DNA of 64,000 nt from positions 152,954,001 through 153,018,000 of the forward strand of contig OX597815.1 of NCBI GenBank assembly GCA_951406725.2. Reading direction: 5' to 3'. The notes under the pieces were generated by a model that was not told where the DNA came from, ran no database searches, and saw only the letters and a program-made list of their open reading frames with translations. The translations under genes and the position numbers were made by a program. The stretch is from Octopus vulgaris (lineage: Eukaryota). Every line of letters starts with the position of its first letter. The first letter of the stretch is position 1. Of the stretch, positions 13,191 to 26,642 are shown in pieces.

Positions 13191-13308
13191 CGGGTCTGAC
13201 CCTTAGCTGTATCGTATGTATCAGGGTCAGATTTGCACGAAAGAATTTTTTTCCCTTTTTACTAAGGCATATTTCCGTCAGAGTGAGTGTATATATATAT
13301 ATACATAA

Positions 13309-13497
<189 letters not shown>

Positions 13498-14180
13498 TTT
13501 GTTTGCCTGCGCAGCAGGTCAGAACCTCTCGATAATCTTCAAATATTTCTTAAAGCAATATATTTCATACATTAGTCCATAAGAGGAATTTGCAAATCGT
13601 AAAAATCACTGTCCTTACTTTGCGGCAATGCCCAGAGAAAAACTACAGAAGATAAAACATCTGCATTTTACCTTCTGCTTTTTACGGAAGTACATTGAAG
13701 AGTAGGTTATATCAGTATATTTACACATTCGAACATTGATCCGAGGGAAACAGTAGATTATTCTTCATGTATATTTTAGAAAGAATATTAACTAAAGGAC
13801 AGGGAAGACACTAAGATAGTGTGCACTTCCCAAAAATGCGCACAAAAATGAATATGGATACCATATATCATTTCATTCTACACGCACGCTAAACAAAATT
13901 CCTGAACTAAACTCCACAAGCTTACACTGTTACACATTCTTTTTTTTCTGAATTACGGGAGGTCTCCGAGTCACTGCAGTCATCATCCATCACGATACTA
14001 TGCTAAAAGAACCTCTTAATTTTGGGTTAAAATCTTACCAGTGTCGAGTTTGCCTTTTGCCCTTCACCTTCTGGACTCCATAAAATAAACACAAGTAGAC
14101 TAGTGGAATAAATTAAAACAGTCGTATTTATTTTCTATGAAAATTGTCCCTCTTTACGTGCGTAAACAATTTTTATAATA

Positions 14181-14623
14181 TCTTTTATCGTATCGTTGTT
14201 TTGCTTGTTTCAGTCAGTAGACTGTAGCCATGCTAGGCCACGGTTTTGAAGAATTTTAAGTCGAATGGATCGACTTCAGTACATATTTTTTTTAAAGCCT
14301 GGTACTTATTCTATCGGTCTCTTTTGCCAAATGGCTAAGTTACGGGGACGTAAACACACCAACACCGGTTGTCAAGTGGTGGTAGGGGACAAATACAGAC
14401 ACAAAGACAGGCACACAGACGCACACACACAAACACACACACAAACACACACATATACACACACACACACATACACGACAGACTCAGTTTCCGTCTACCA
14501 CATCCACTCATAAAGGCTTTGGCCAGCCCGAGGCTATAGTAGTAGACACTTGCCCAAGGTGACACACAGTGAAACTGAACCTGGAACCATGTGGTTGAAA
14601 AGCAAGCTTCTTACGACACAGCC
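14181..14623 (-). mobile_element. SINE family A
   Basis: Near full-length match to other family A copies. Confidence 0.88.
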
Positions 14624-15249
14624 TTCCAATGATAATACAATTATTTATAATGGTATACTTGTAATAGTACAATTACTTAAATATCTTATGTTTTATAAAT
14701 GTTTTAAGTATAATTTAAAACATCTGTTGGGTTACGTTCTCATGTAACATTAGGATTTATCTGCAATGGTTCGTAGTAGGTCAAAATGTCTGCTATACCG
14801 ATGTTTCACAATTTCGCTAGGCATCCTGATAAAGTGCAGTTATTTCTGTAGGAAATGAAAACAATGTGTATTTGATCAATGATTCGTTCATTAGCTTGAT
14901 CTAGTAAAAATCCTTTGTAGACTATTTTGTTTTTCGATAGTCCAGTATGCTTGGTGTCATTTGCTTACTGTTGGTTTCTTCATTTAAAAGCGTATGTTAT
15001 GGCATATGCAATACCATACTTGGGTAACATGTTGAGCCATAGTGATATTAGAATCATAGTTCCCTCAGACTCGAAGTCGCTAATTGTGATGACAACTAAA
15101 TGTTGCTGCAATGCATATATTATTATCAAACGTTATAGTGCCTTATCTAATTGCCTCCAAACCAAATTTTCACATCAACTAAAGCCAATATGATCGTTAA
15201 GCGAAGTCTAACAAAGTTGGTATACCCAATCTCCTTCTCGGATTGAACA

Positions 15250-15296
<47 letters not shown>

Positions 15297-15549
15297 GAGA
15301 GAGAGAGCAAGAGACGAAGAGAGAAAGAGGGAGAGAGAGAGAAGGGGAGACAGAGGGGAAAGAGAGGGAGAGAGAAAAAGGGAGAGAAAGAGAGAGATGA
15401 CAGTAGAAAACCTGACAGGATAACTACCATTCTCTGAAAGTTGGACAAAAGCCTGTTTTAGGATCCATCATTGACGTTTGCCAGGTGAAATGTTATCAGG
15501 GCTGTTTTGAAGAAAGTAGGACGCAAGAAGACTAATCAATAAAAGGGCT

Positions 15550-15750
15550 CTAATTTTGGCACAAGGCCAGTAAATTCGAGGGAAAGGATTCTTTGATGCC
15601 ATCGACCTCAGAACTTAGCTTTACTTTTTATTATCGACCTCGGAAGGCTGAAAGGCAAAGTTGACTTCAGCGGAATTTGAATTCAAAATGCAAAGAACCA
15701 GAAGTAATACCGCAAAGCCGTTTTTTTTTTGTCTGGCGCGCTAAGGATTC
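15550..15750 (-). mobile_element. SINE family B (diverged)
   Basis: TTTTGGCACAAGGCCAG...TGAAAGGCAAAGTTGAC...CGGAATTTGAA. Confidence 0.75.
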
Positions 15751-17037
15751 TGTCAAGAACTGGAAACAACCGGTGTTTACCGCTTATCAAATCTGAGCCA
15801 AAGCAACCTAAAAAAAAATCACAGAGGGTTAATTGGTTTCACCAGTTAATTTCCATTTCCTCAATGAGAAGCAATTCCATCCGCATAGTACCCTTCACTA
15901 GTGGCCTATCAAATTAATGATTTTCTCTTCATAAATTAGAAAATAAAAATAAAAATAAAAACATTTGATGAAAAGTAATGGAATCGATATAATCGTCCAA
16001 AATTACTGAAGGAGATGGCTGCAGTTGAAACACTGAAATCATAAAAAAAAAGAGATTTATAAATTTATTATTAAAGAATTATGAATAAAGATATTTCTTC
16101 AAAGAAGCTAGACTGGCCTAAGTGTCTAACTGGAACATATGGATAGTGGTGTGCTACTACTTTCTTCCTATGCTACAGATATCACGTAGATATGTAAAGA
16201 ATATAAAGCGACAGACATATGTTCAATGAAGAACAAAAAATGAGGTTAATTTGTTAATATTAACTGGTAAATTGGCTCGAGGTTGATGTGCAGACTGTGA
16301 TGTTATTGAAAAGGAAAGAAGAGTGAGCGATATTGCTTTGGCAAATATTTATTCGTTTTCATCATATTTAAACCATATGGCAAGATAGCCGAAGCCAAAT
16401 AATTACTATTATAGAAGGCATCTAATAAGTTGTAAAAAAAATCTGTTTTGGGACATCATAAATCTGAGATTATCTATCTGTCTCTTTGATTTTGACTTGC
16501 TAAAATAATGTCTAGTTCGATAAAAGCAATCATGTTCATCAGATATAAACTTCCATTTTCTTTCATTATTTAGAATGATTTTATACTAATTTGTAACTCA
16601 CCATGACGGTAGATATCACTGTATTGATGTCGCAGTAGATGCATATGATACATGCAGTAAAGGTAGATGCAGAAGTTTTGGTATTGCACTAAATATAGCA
16701 GATACATACAGTGGAGGAAAATGCGACAGTATTGATGTCGCATTAAATATAAATATAAGGAAGAAATGACGGCTGTGGTTTCGCTAAACGTTGACAAACT
16801 CACTGAATGTGAGTGTAACAGTTGCTGTGTCACTAATTATAAAAAAGAAAAAAAATGCAGTGAAGGTTGATGTGACACTTGTAATGGCACTCTAAATATA
16901 ACAGACACATACAATGAAGAGTCTGGTGGCACTTTGCTACTTCTTTGTCGTAGTAAGTTTTAGGCGACAGTTGAAAAATAAAGGGAGCGCTGATTATTCA
17001 AAAGTCGCTTAACAGAATCGATCGGTTAGTAAAAGTG

Positions 17038-17145
17038 ACTTACAACAATAGGAAGCGATCTGATTGACTGACAATTGTAAAGCAAAAGAATGAATCATGT
17101 AACTCTCTTAGTGTTCGCTGCCACGCCCGCCACTTTGATTGGTCA
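17038..17145 (-). promoter_or_regulatory. Candidate Pol II core promoter (CCAAT, GC box, Inr)
   Basis: Minus: GACCAATCA (17138-42), GGCGGGCGTGG (17121-31), TCAGTC (17066-71), then GTAAGT (17038-43), in apparently unique DNA. Confidence 0.3.
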
Positions 17146-17846
17146 CATTCATTAAAGTACAAAATACACAGACTTGGTATATGTGGATACTGCAAGCCTG
17201 CGTATGAATTTTAAATAATAGGACAATGAAGCTGAAATACTACTGCATACAAGAATGTGTGTAACGTAAGTGAACCATGTTTAAACAAAGCTGTACATAT
17301 GAATGGAATGATTCTTACCTGGACATATGTGTATACTTTTGAGTCGATATAATTGCCAAGTTGTGTATACAAGTGTTAAATATTCTGCTATTTCTTAAGC
17401 TTCCTAACAAAAGTGAATGAGAAGAAGGCCGGTATTCTCTATACAAAGCATAATATGTTTCTGTATGTTGTTAGGTGTCTGCGAACCAAGTAAAAATCCA
17501 AATGACCCAGATATATTGTTATGGAAGTCTGATTGAAATAAACATTGTATAAAGTTGAATAGCAAGGCATGAGAACTTTCCCCACTGTTATGTAAGATGG
17601 CGGAGCTTCTTTAGATTGAAAATGAAGCAACGATATTATAACTGTGGCTAAGAGCAACATTTGACAGAAGCAATGTCAAGAGTCCGAACTTTGTATAAAG
17701 TAGATATGGAAATAATTATATATGAAGGCACATATAGCATGGCGTAAATGTAGCATGAGGAAAATGCATGGTATATATATATCTGTAAATGTAATATGGT
17801 TAGCAGCATTTCGTAAATCTTTCAGTCTCGTTTGTGTTCCTTTTAC

Positions 17847-17928
<82 letters not shown>

Positions 17929-17961
17929 ACATATATATATATATGTATGTATATATATATG

Positions 17962-18033
<72 letters not shown>

Positions 18034-18596
18034 TTGAATAAAGTTAAAACATGGTCTGGTTTTCACGTATTTTGTTATTGTATTTTAACATTAAAAAATA
18101 TTTTGTAATGCTCATTCATGATTGTTTTCTAATTTGGACCAAATCCCTAGAAAATCTGGAAGAGTTCATCACCTTCCTCAATAATCTACACCCTGGTCTC
18201 AAATTCACAAGAGAAATGAAGAACACGCAATTACCATTTCTTGCCATAATTGTGATTAAAAACAACACCACAATCACAACTGATATTTATTACAAAAGCA
18301 CAGATTACCACCTGTACCTAAATCTTAAATCATGCCACCCAACAAAACGCAAAATCCCGTACTGTCTAGCCAGGAAAATTTGTACTATAGTCGATGATCC
18401 AAATACCAGAAAAACACGACTTATAGAACTCAAAGGATTTCTGCTCAAGCAAAATTACCCTCTCCTACTTATAGAAAATAGTATACAACGAGCAAAAGAG
18501 ATACCTATAGAACAACTTAGAGCAACACGAAAAAGATGAACCCATCAAAGGAACACAATGCCATTTCTAGTAACACACAATCCGCATCGCCAAAAC

Positions 18597-18811
18597 GCCA
18601 TTACTGTCTTCTCCAAGAAGATGATTGAGCAGGAGTTGGCGGAACATTTGCCAACTATTAAGTATATCTCTAGGGGAATTAAAACATGAACGGTGTGGTT
18701 GCTGTTTCACACTCCAGAGGAGGCTTGCAGTTTTGCGAGCCAGCCCGTTGAGGGTAAAGAAATTTTGTTTCTTCCCACTTATTGTGGGAAAAAATTGACG
18801 AGGGCCTGGGT
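18597..18811 (+). mobile_element. Internal ORF1 fragment of the L1/Tx1-type family nested in the Penelope-like element
   Basis: Homologous to 6550-6770 (-) and 45210-45425 (+): ITVFSKKMIEQELAEHLPTIKYISRG...FASQP...LFLPTYCGKKLTRAWV. Confidence 0.85.
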
Positions 18812-19575
18812 CACCAAAACAAATTTGCCAAACATGAATCAAACTGAATAATTAAAAAAAAAGACATAACTAATCAAACACTTATCTCAAGCAAAAGGCA
18901 ATCACATAACTATAGAAACTATTACTAAAGGCAAAATTCAACATGAACAAACAGTATAAACCATTCGCAGTATCCACGTGTAATTACAACAGATGTGGAA
19001 CGTGTCAATACATGCATACGGGTAGTTCCATTAAAAAAAAAAAAAAATGGACAGAGTTTCGCAAATGCAGATATGAACTGCAAAAGCAGAAATTTGATCT
19101 ACTTCATTAAATACCCGAATTGCAAGGAATTATTTAAAGGCTAGCCAGGAAATGCATTATCGGAATGCTCGCGAGTCCACAGACAACATATCTGGAACAC
19201 CAATGTTAGCCAAATTCCGTTGAGCGAACATATAGAGACATATGGTCAGAAAATGTTTATAATTTTTCCTTTCCACAAACAACATGACACAAGTGAGGTT
19301 GGAAGAAAGATAAAAGAAAAACGGTTTATTAAAATGTTCAAACCTGTTCTGAACGGAAATAATAGCAGTAATATAACAACCAGTTAATGATATGGTTTAA
19401 AAAATATCTCTAGCATATAAATATAAACAAGTTACAGAATATCAGTACACCTGGCAAACCGTGGTGTTCAAGGTGTATGCGGATTGGTCAAAAAAGATTC
19501 TGAAAATTCAGTTTGCTGGAGCGTTCTAAGAGGTAATAAAGTTGTCAAGACTCAACTGTCAGTTAAACATATTTA

Positions 19576-19611
19576 AAATTTGATGATTGCAGTGTATGAA
19601 AGCGCTAATTT
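19576..19611 (+). ncRNA. Minimal hammerhead-like motif in the Penelope 3' pseudo-LTR
   Basis: aaat-TTGATGA-ttgcagtgtat-GAAA-gcgc-TA-attt; palindromic stem III AGCGCT; sense to the PLE ORF. Confidence 0.6.
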
Positions 19612-19761
19612 AACTTTATGAGCATCACAAAATATTTTTTTAATGTTAAAATACCATAATAAAAAATGTGAAAGCCACACCATGCATTAACTTTATTCAA
19701 CTGATATATTATTCTATACACATTCACATATATTCGAAACAATATATATATATATATATAT

Positions 19762-19811
<50 letters not shown>

Positions 19812-19891
19812 ATATGCATATATACATATGTGTATCTGTCTCTGTGTGGGTGCATGTGTATGCGCGCTCAGGAGCATACTCGTGCGTGCGT

Positions 19892-19932
<41 letters not shown>

Positions 19933-19942
19933 GCACACACAC

Positions 19943-20410
19943 AAAGTGAAAACGGACTAATAAAAATAATACGGAGTGGCCAGTCAGCTGAATCTGGGCA
20001 ACAACGACAGAGAAATATATACTAAATAGCATACAGATTAATGCTTGAATTATTTGAATCAACTTCGCTTCAGGAACACCTAGCGGCGATTGCAACCAGT
20101 TTCCGAATCAGAAAAGGAAATAATCTCCAGGAATCATTATTCTCTGGAATCAACATGGCACTAAGTAAAAGACAATCTGTTTTTTTTTTTCTGATGACAA
20201 GAGGATAGCAATGAACAAGTGTTTAAACCCCAATAAGCGTCATCAGCACAGCAATTTTACAACCTTGACTCCAACCAGGTATTAGACCGAGGTATATATA
20301 AAATTTGCATAACTTGATAATTAAAATGAAAATGAACCAAGAGAAATAACTCGGAGTGGTCAGTAGCACGAGTTTGGACAACAAGGATAAAGAGAAGTAT
20401 ACTAAATAAG
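19943..20410 (-). mobile_element. Short repeat with diverged ~85-bp direct repeats (380-bp period) and a decayed hammerhead
   Basis: GGAGTGG..CAGT...TATACTAAATA at 19973 and 20353; minus CTGATGA...TAAA-cacttg-TT at 20210-20250. Confidence 0.45.
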
Positions 20411-20411
20411 T

Positions 20412-20707
20412 GAAGGAATGGCTGTGTGGTAAGTAGCTTGCTTACCAGCCACATGGTTCGTGGCACCTTGGGCAACTGTCTTCTACTGCAACCTCGGGCC
20501 GACCAGAACTTTGTGAGTAGATTTAGTAGACGGAAACTGATAGAAGCCCATCGCATATATGTGTGGTAAGTAGCTTGTTTACCAACCACATGGTTCCGGG
20601 TTCAGTCCCACTGCATGGCACCTTGGGCAAGTGTCTTCTACTATAGCCTCGGGCCGACCAAAGCCTTGTGAGTAGATTTAGTAGACGGAGACTGATAGAA
20701 GCCCGTC

Positions 20708-20759
<52 letters not shown>

Positions 20760-20975
20760 GTATATGTGTGTCTGCGTTTGTACCCCCAGCATCACTTGAC
20801 AACCGATGCCGGTGTGCTTGTGTCTCCGTAACTTAGCGGTTCGGCAAAGGAGACCGATAGAATAAGTACTAGGCTTACAAAGAATAAGTCCTGAGGTTGA
20901 TTTGCTCGACTAAAGGCAGTGCTCCAGCATGGCCGCTGTCAAATGACTGAAACAAGTGAAAGAAATAAAAGAATA
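20412..20975 (+). mobile_element. SINE family A with duplicated 5' half
   Basis: Head plus CORE-like region at 20412-20560 repeated at 20561-20710, then 3' half. Confidence 0.9.
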
Positions 20976-21134
20976 AATAACATACAAGATAAGATTTTGA
21001 TATGTATACCTGCATGTGTATATATGCATATGTATATGTATATATATATATGTGTGTGTGTGTGTGTGAGTGTGTGTGTGTGTATGTGTGTATCTGAGTC
21101 TATCCATCCATCCGTCCGTCCGTCCGTCCGTCCG

Positions 21135-21199
<65 letters not shown>

Positions 21200-21203
21200 G
21201 TCC

Positions 21204-21253
<50 letters not shown>

Positions 21254-21375
21254 TTATCTATCTATGTTCATACATAAACGCATGTAGACAGCATATACAT
21301 ATATTATCGAGTTATACAGACCTACATGTATATATTCATACATATATATACATACGCCTCATATATACATATGTG

Positions 21376-21410
<35 letters not shown>

Positions 21411-22018
21411 GTACACACGACTATTTAAAAGTAAACATATTTAACAGTCAGCACTGTTGTTGCGACGTATGTGTATGCGTAGAGGTATGCATACGAAAGC
21501 GCGCAGAAACATGTGGAGAAAGCACTACTTTAAAAGATTAAGGAAGAATCACAATATAGAAAGAACAGATAAAACGTAAGTGGGATACTACGAAAAAGAT
21601 GTAGAAAGACGGTTTAGTGAGAGTGGAGATAGAGAAAGAGAGGATAGAAAGAGGGGAGAATGTGTGGTTGAGAGAGAAAGAGAGACAGAGAGAGTGAGAG
21701 AGAGAGAGATAGGTGGAGTAAGAGTTGGTGGAAATGGTGAATGAAAAAAAATATGCAAAGACATGAACGAAAAGAAAATGAAAAGAAGCAAGAGACGATG
21801 TAGTAAAAATGCAGATATTGAAACAAGACAAAAAAAACATTCGATGGTAATCACTAAGTAAAAAGAAGCAGACGACATTACAAAAAAATATATAAATGTG
21901 TGCGCATACTTACACACATACATACGATGACTGACGCAAACACAGTTTTGCATGCTTTTACACATTCACACATACATACATATATACATACATACGTAAA
22001 TGTACATAAACATATATA

Positions 22019-22075
<57 letters not shown>

Positions 22076-22110
22076 TTACAGCTATGTATATATATGTACA
22101 TAACCATAAA

Positions 22111-22512
22111 CATAGCAGTGTGGTTAAGAAGTTCACCTTGCAGCCACATGATTTTGGGCTCAATCACTGCGCGCCGTACCCTGGGCAAGTGTCTTCTGCT
22201 ATTGCCTTGGGTTGACCAATGCTCTGTGAGTGAATCTGGTAGACGGAAACTGTATGAATCCCGCCGTATCCATGTATGCATGTGCGCGCGCGTGTGTGTG
22301 TGTGTGTGTGGTATGCTGGTCTTAGTGTTGATTTGTTTGCTTCCTTACAACTTAACAGTTCGGCAAAAATGGACCCCAAAGAAAAAAAATAACCGTTTTA
22401 AAAAAGTAAAAAAAAAACAACAACAAAACACTGGGTGGATTTGGCCGATTAAACCCTTTAAGGTAGAGCCCAGTATGGTCGCAGTTCAATGATCGAAGCG
22501 AGTAAAGGAATA
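22111..22512 (+). mobile_element. SINE family A (diverged)
   Basis: CCCTGGGCAAGTGTCTTCT...GGTAGACGGAAACTG...TGGTCGCAGTTCAATGA. Confidence 0.75.
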
Positions 22513-22586
22513 TATCTATATGCACACACACACACCAGCATGCATCAACATACACACATGACTTTCTGATCTCCTCTCTCTCTCTG

Positions 22587-22634
<48 letters not shown>

Positions 22635-22656
22635 TTATTTGAATCCATATATCGTG

Positions 22657-22709
<53 letters not shown>

Positions 22710-24414
22710 CATATATATACATACATACATACACACACACAACGCACACATATATGTTTACACGCAAATAGACATATACAAACTCCGATACATATACATA
22801 TGCAGAAAGGAAACATGAATCACTCACACCCACCAACACCTATGCAGAATGTGGAATCAACTGACTCCATCCGTGTCTTCTCCTCAAGTTCTTTAAGCAG
22901 GATTAAGTTTTGCTTGTACGGGCGAATCATTTCGACTCGACAAACACGACAAAAGATCGAGAAACGGAGTGAAATGTAAGAGGACAGAATAAGTTTATCG
23001 CATCGGCGACGTGTCTAATTCATATACACACATATACATACAAATAAAAATACAAACGTACATTCGTATATCCAGGTACATTGGCGCATACACACATAGA
23101 CGCTTTTAAAGATACAACCATTCTAAAAGAAAGCTGAGCTTAAAGATTATAGATTGACATTGCATCATTGTGTATGATTTTGAAGATTTCTATCTTGTCA
23201 TTCACTCCTCCTCGCCTATGCTGCTGCTGTTACTCCTCCTCCTTCTTCCATCTTCCTCATTCTCTTTCTACGTCATTAACTCTCCTCTCTCTCTCCTTCT
23301 CTTCACATCGAGCACAAAATGGAGGTTATTTCAAGTAATGCTTGTTTCACTTTGTCTCCTTCATTTTGGATTCGCCTCTCAATTTGTTCATACAAAATAG
23401 ATAGATAGATAGATAGATAGACAGGCAGATAAATAGACAGATAGATACGTAGATAAATAAACAAATGAGTCTTCCGTCAATTTCGACGAGTCTTTTAGCT
23501 GTTCAATCACTGAACATATTAAATTAACGTGTAACAGGCTTACTAACCCACTGACACGTGCACAGAAAGCTGCTGACAGAATCATTGTGATACAGTGTGG
23601 GACAAACTGGGCCTTTGAATTACTGGCGTAGTTCATCCAAAAGGCTTCTATACAGTCTCTATTCTACCCAATTTCTTTCACAAAGATTGAATCGATCCGA
23701 GCTCATTGTTGAAGACACTTGCCAAAGATTCCACGCCATTGAGTCGAACTCCGGATTCTATGGTTGCAGAGTGTACGTCTTAACCCTTCGGCTATGCTTG
23801 CTCACAACTGAGTTTACATGCAGGGACTAATTTTCGATAGAGGTAGTCGAATATACTGGACGTCTATATTGGACCGTTGAAATGTGGTTAGAATCCGGCT
23901 TCCAGTGTGTCCCTAATTAAATACATATTAGCTCTCAATGGTTGTTGTAGGCCTTTAGCGGAGTTTATTCTGTTGGAAGCATTTTCAGCAGAAATCCAGC
24001 TCCCTTCCGCTTCTCACGCCTTTATTCCAGGCATTGACTGAGAGATAATCTGGTAGAGCATCAGCTGTATCAGTTTGTGAATCGTATGATTCTTTCCAAT
24101 GACTTTCCTCTCCGACTAATTTATTTAAAAAATGACTCAATGTTATTACTTTCATAAATCTGAACGGAATGATGGCAGGGAAAATCTTATTTGTTCTACA
24201 TCGACCAAGTTTTACGCACATCAGCAAATGTACCGTATGCTGTTTCAATAAGAATAAATTCGTTCTTATCAGAGTATGATAGACAAATTTGGAGTTCGAA
24301 GTTGACTACGCGGAGAACGGAGAAAGCCATGTGCTCCACGATCCAATAACGTCATTAATAGCGTAATATATGTCATCCTGATGATTTTGTACCGCGATAT
24401 CTGGTTTATTGCAA

Positions 24415-24610
24415 GGCGGCGCGCTGGCAGAAATGTTAGCACGCCGGGTGAAATGCTTAGCGGTATTTCGTCTGTCTTTATGGTTTGAGTTCAAATTCCG
24501 CCGACTTTCGGAGTCGATAAATTAAGTACCAATTGCGTACAAGGTTCGATGTAATCGAATGGCGCCCTCCCGCAAAATTTCGGGCCTTATGCCTAGAGTA
24601 GAAAAGAATA
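24415..24610 (+). mobile_element. SINE family B
   Basis: GGCGGCGCGCTGGCAGAAATGTTAGCACGCCGGG...GAGTTCAAATTCCGCCG. Confidence 0.88.
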
Positions 24611-25057
24611 TATGTCGTTCTTTGCTTCCGGGACAGTTTCCGCACCAGAAGGGCTTTTCATGTTCAAATGCATTCGAACTTATTAAATACAACTTTACAC
24701 GATTATATTTTATTCAACGGTATTCATGCGACATTATTAAATTCTGACTTCACTAAATATTACACACATCAGCAAACGTACCGTATGCTGTTTTAATTAA
24801 AATAAATTCGTTCTTGCCAGGCAGAGACAAATCTGTTGTTTGTAGTTGACGAAAGAAAGAACCCCCACTCACCAAAAAAAAAAGAAAAGAAAAGAAAAGC
24901 GAATGTGTCTTACGATGCAATGACGTCATTCTTACAGTTGAATGTGTTAATATGACTTTGCACAAGTATATCTCATTCAACGCTGCTTTACGTGACATAA
25001 TATATGTATGTACATATATGCATATACATACATACACACACACAAACACATACACAC

Positions 25058-25109
<52 letters not shown>

Positions 25110-25399
25110 GAAAAGTGTATTTGAAAATGCAGAGGTCTTCTAAAGATGTTTATTGACTTGACCGGTTTCAATTTTCTAAAAAAGCAATTTTCAAAAGTAA
25201 AATGTAAGGCTTTGTGTAGCCTTTGTTGTGTTAAAAAACGGTTATCATAATTGTATTAAAATACAGTTATACAGTCTTTGATAATAAGAAAATGTTAAGA
25301 TACTACCTATTTTGAAAACTTTTATGTAAACTGCTTAAACAAAAAGCCCTTCTTAACATTTTCTTATCATTGTCAAAGATTCTATTTCTTAACATTGTG

Positions 25400-26328
25400 A
25401 AGGAGATCAAATCCATGCATGCCTATCTGAGAAATAACGATGAAAGAATGTTGCAGGCTGCACTGAATGTGAAGTGATCAGTGATAATGGTAAACCCTCC
25501 AGGAGTACAAAATGTGGACTAATAAAGAAAAGAACATCAACTGGAACGAAAGTCATATGCAAAGAGTTTTCCCAACAAAGATCGTATGAAGTTGATGAAG
25601 AATCCTTGAGATGGTTTAGACATGGAGTTTTAAGGAATAAGACAGAAGGACCGATCTTTGTTATTCAAGAACAAGTTTTACGAACAAACTCGAGTGTAGC
25701 ATTGTCAAGACTGCAGTATCACTTTTGTGCAGTGTATGTAAAAATCATCTGAGATAATTAGCCATATAATTAGTGGACGCTCAAAACTTACTCAAAAGGA
25801 ATACAAGAACACCATGACAAAGTGGCAGTGCAAGTACATTGGGAGTTGTATAGGGGAGTATCCGCAAGAATGTTCCAGCAAATGGTATGAGCACCAACTT
25901 TTGCTAGTAGCAGAGAATGATCAGGTGAAACTGACATGGGATATGCCCATCTAAACAAGCAAGGAACTGCAACATAACTGACGAGATATCATGGAAGGAA
26001 TCCAAAGAATGGCCCTTCATCGACGTAGCTATACCTGCAGACCAGAATATTGTGAAGACAGAAATAGAAAGTCGGGAAAAACCAAGACCTAGCATTGGAA
26101 GTAAAACACATCCATAGAGCCTCAAAAGGGAGTAACTATTGTGATCGGAGCACTTAGGATCATCTGAAAGAAAGCAATGTTTTGGCATGAAAAGCTGCAA
26201 ATATCAAACTTTACAGGAAGTACATAGTTGGCAGCAATACTTGGAACAACACATGTGCTGAGAAAAATGTTTCGTCTCTAAGCTGCTGGAAGGAACTGAG
26301 ACGTGACGTAGATAAGAAAACAGAAATC
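25400..26328 (+). mobile_element. Dong/R4-like (RLE) non-LTR 3' fragment ending in (TAA)n
   Basis: WFRHGVLRNKTEGPIFVIQEQVLRTN, CSVC..SHIISG, HDKVAVQVHWEL, KWYEH, KLTWD, IDVAIPADQNI, AAILGTTHVLRKM. Confidence 0.85.
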
Positions 26329-26343
26329 ATAATAATAATAATG

Positions 26344-26555
26344 ATTTCAAATTTTGGCACAAGGCCAACAATTTCGGGGGATGGGATAAGCCGATTACAT
26401 CGACTCCAGTGATCAACTGGTACTTACTTTATCGACTCCGAAAGGGATAAAAGACAAAGCTGGCCTCGACGGAATTTGAACTCAGAACGTAAAGACGGAC
26501 GAAGTTCCTCTAAGCATTTTGCCCGGCACTGTAACGATTCTGCCTGCTCGCCGCC
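26344..26555 (-). mobile_element. SINE family B
   Basis: Full-length reverse match. Confidence 0.88.
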
Positions 26556-26622
<67 letters not shown>

Positions 26623-26642
26623 TAATAATGATAATAATAATA

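Larger units (their letters stand above)
18025..19709 (+). mobile_element. 5'-truncated Penelope-like element with inverted terminal repeats
   Basis: RT end and thumb (IHDCFLIW..LHPGLKFT..LPFL..TDIYYKSTD..SCHP..IPYCLARKI), RCGTC linker, GIY-YIG (NCKSRNLIYFI); ~90-bp inverted repeats 18025-18115 / 19618-19709; TA flanks. Confidence 0.88.
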
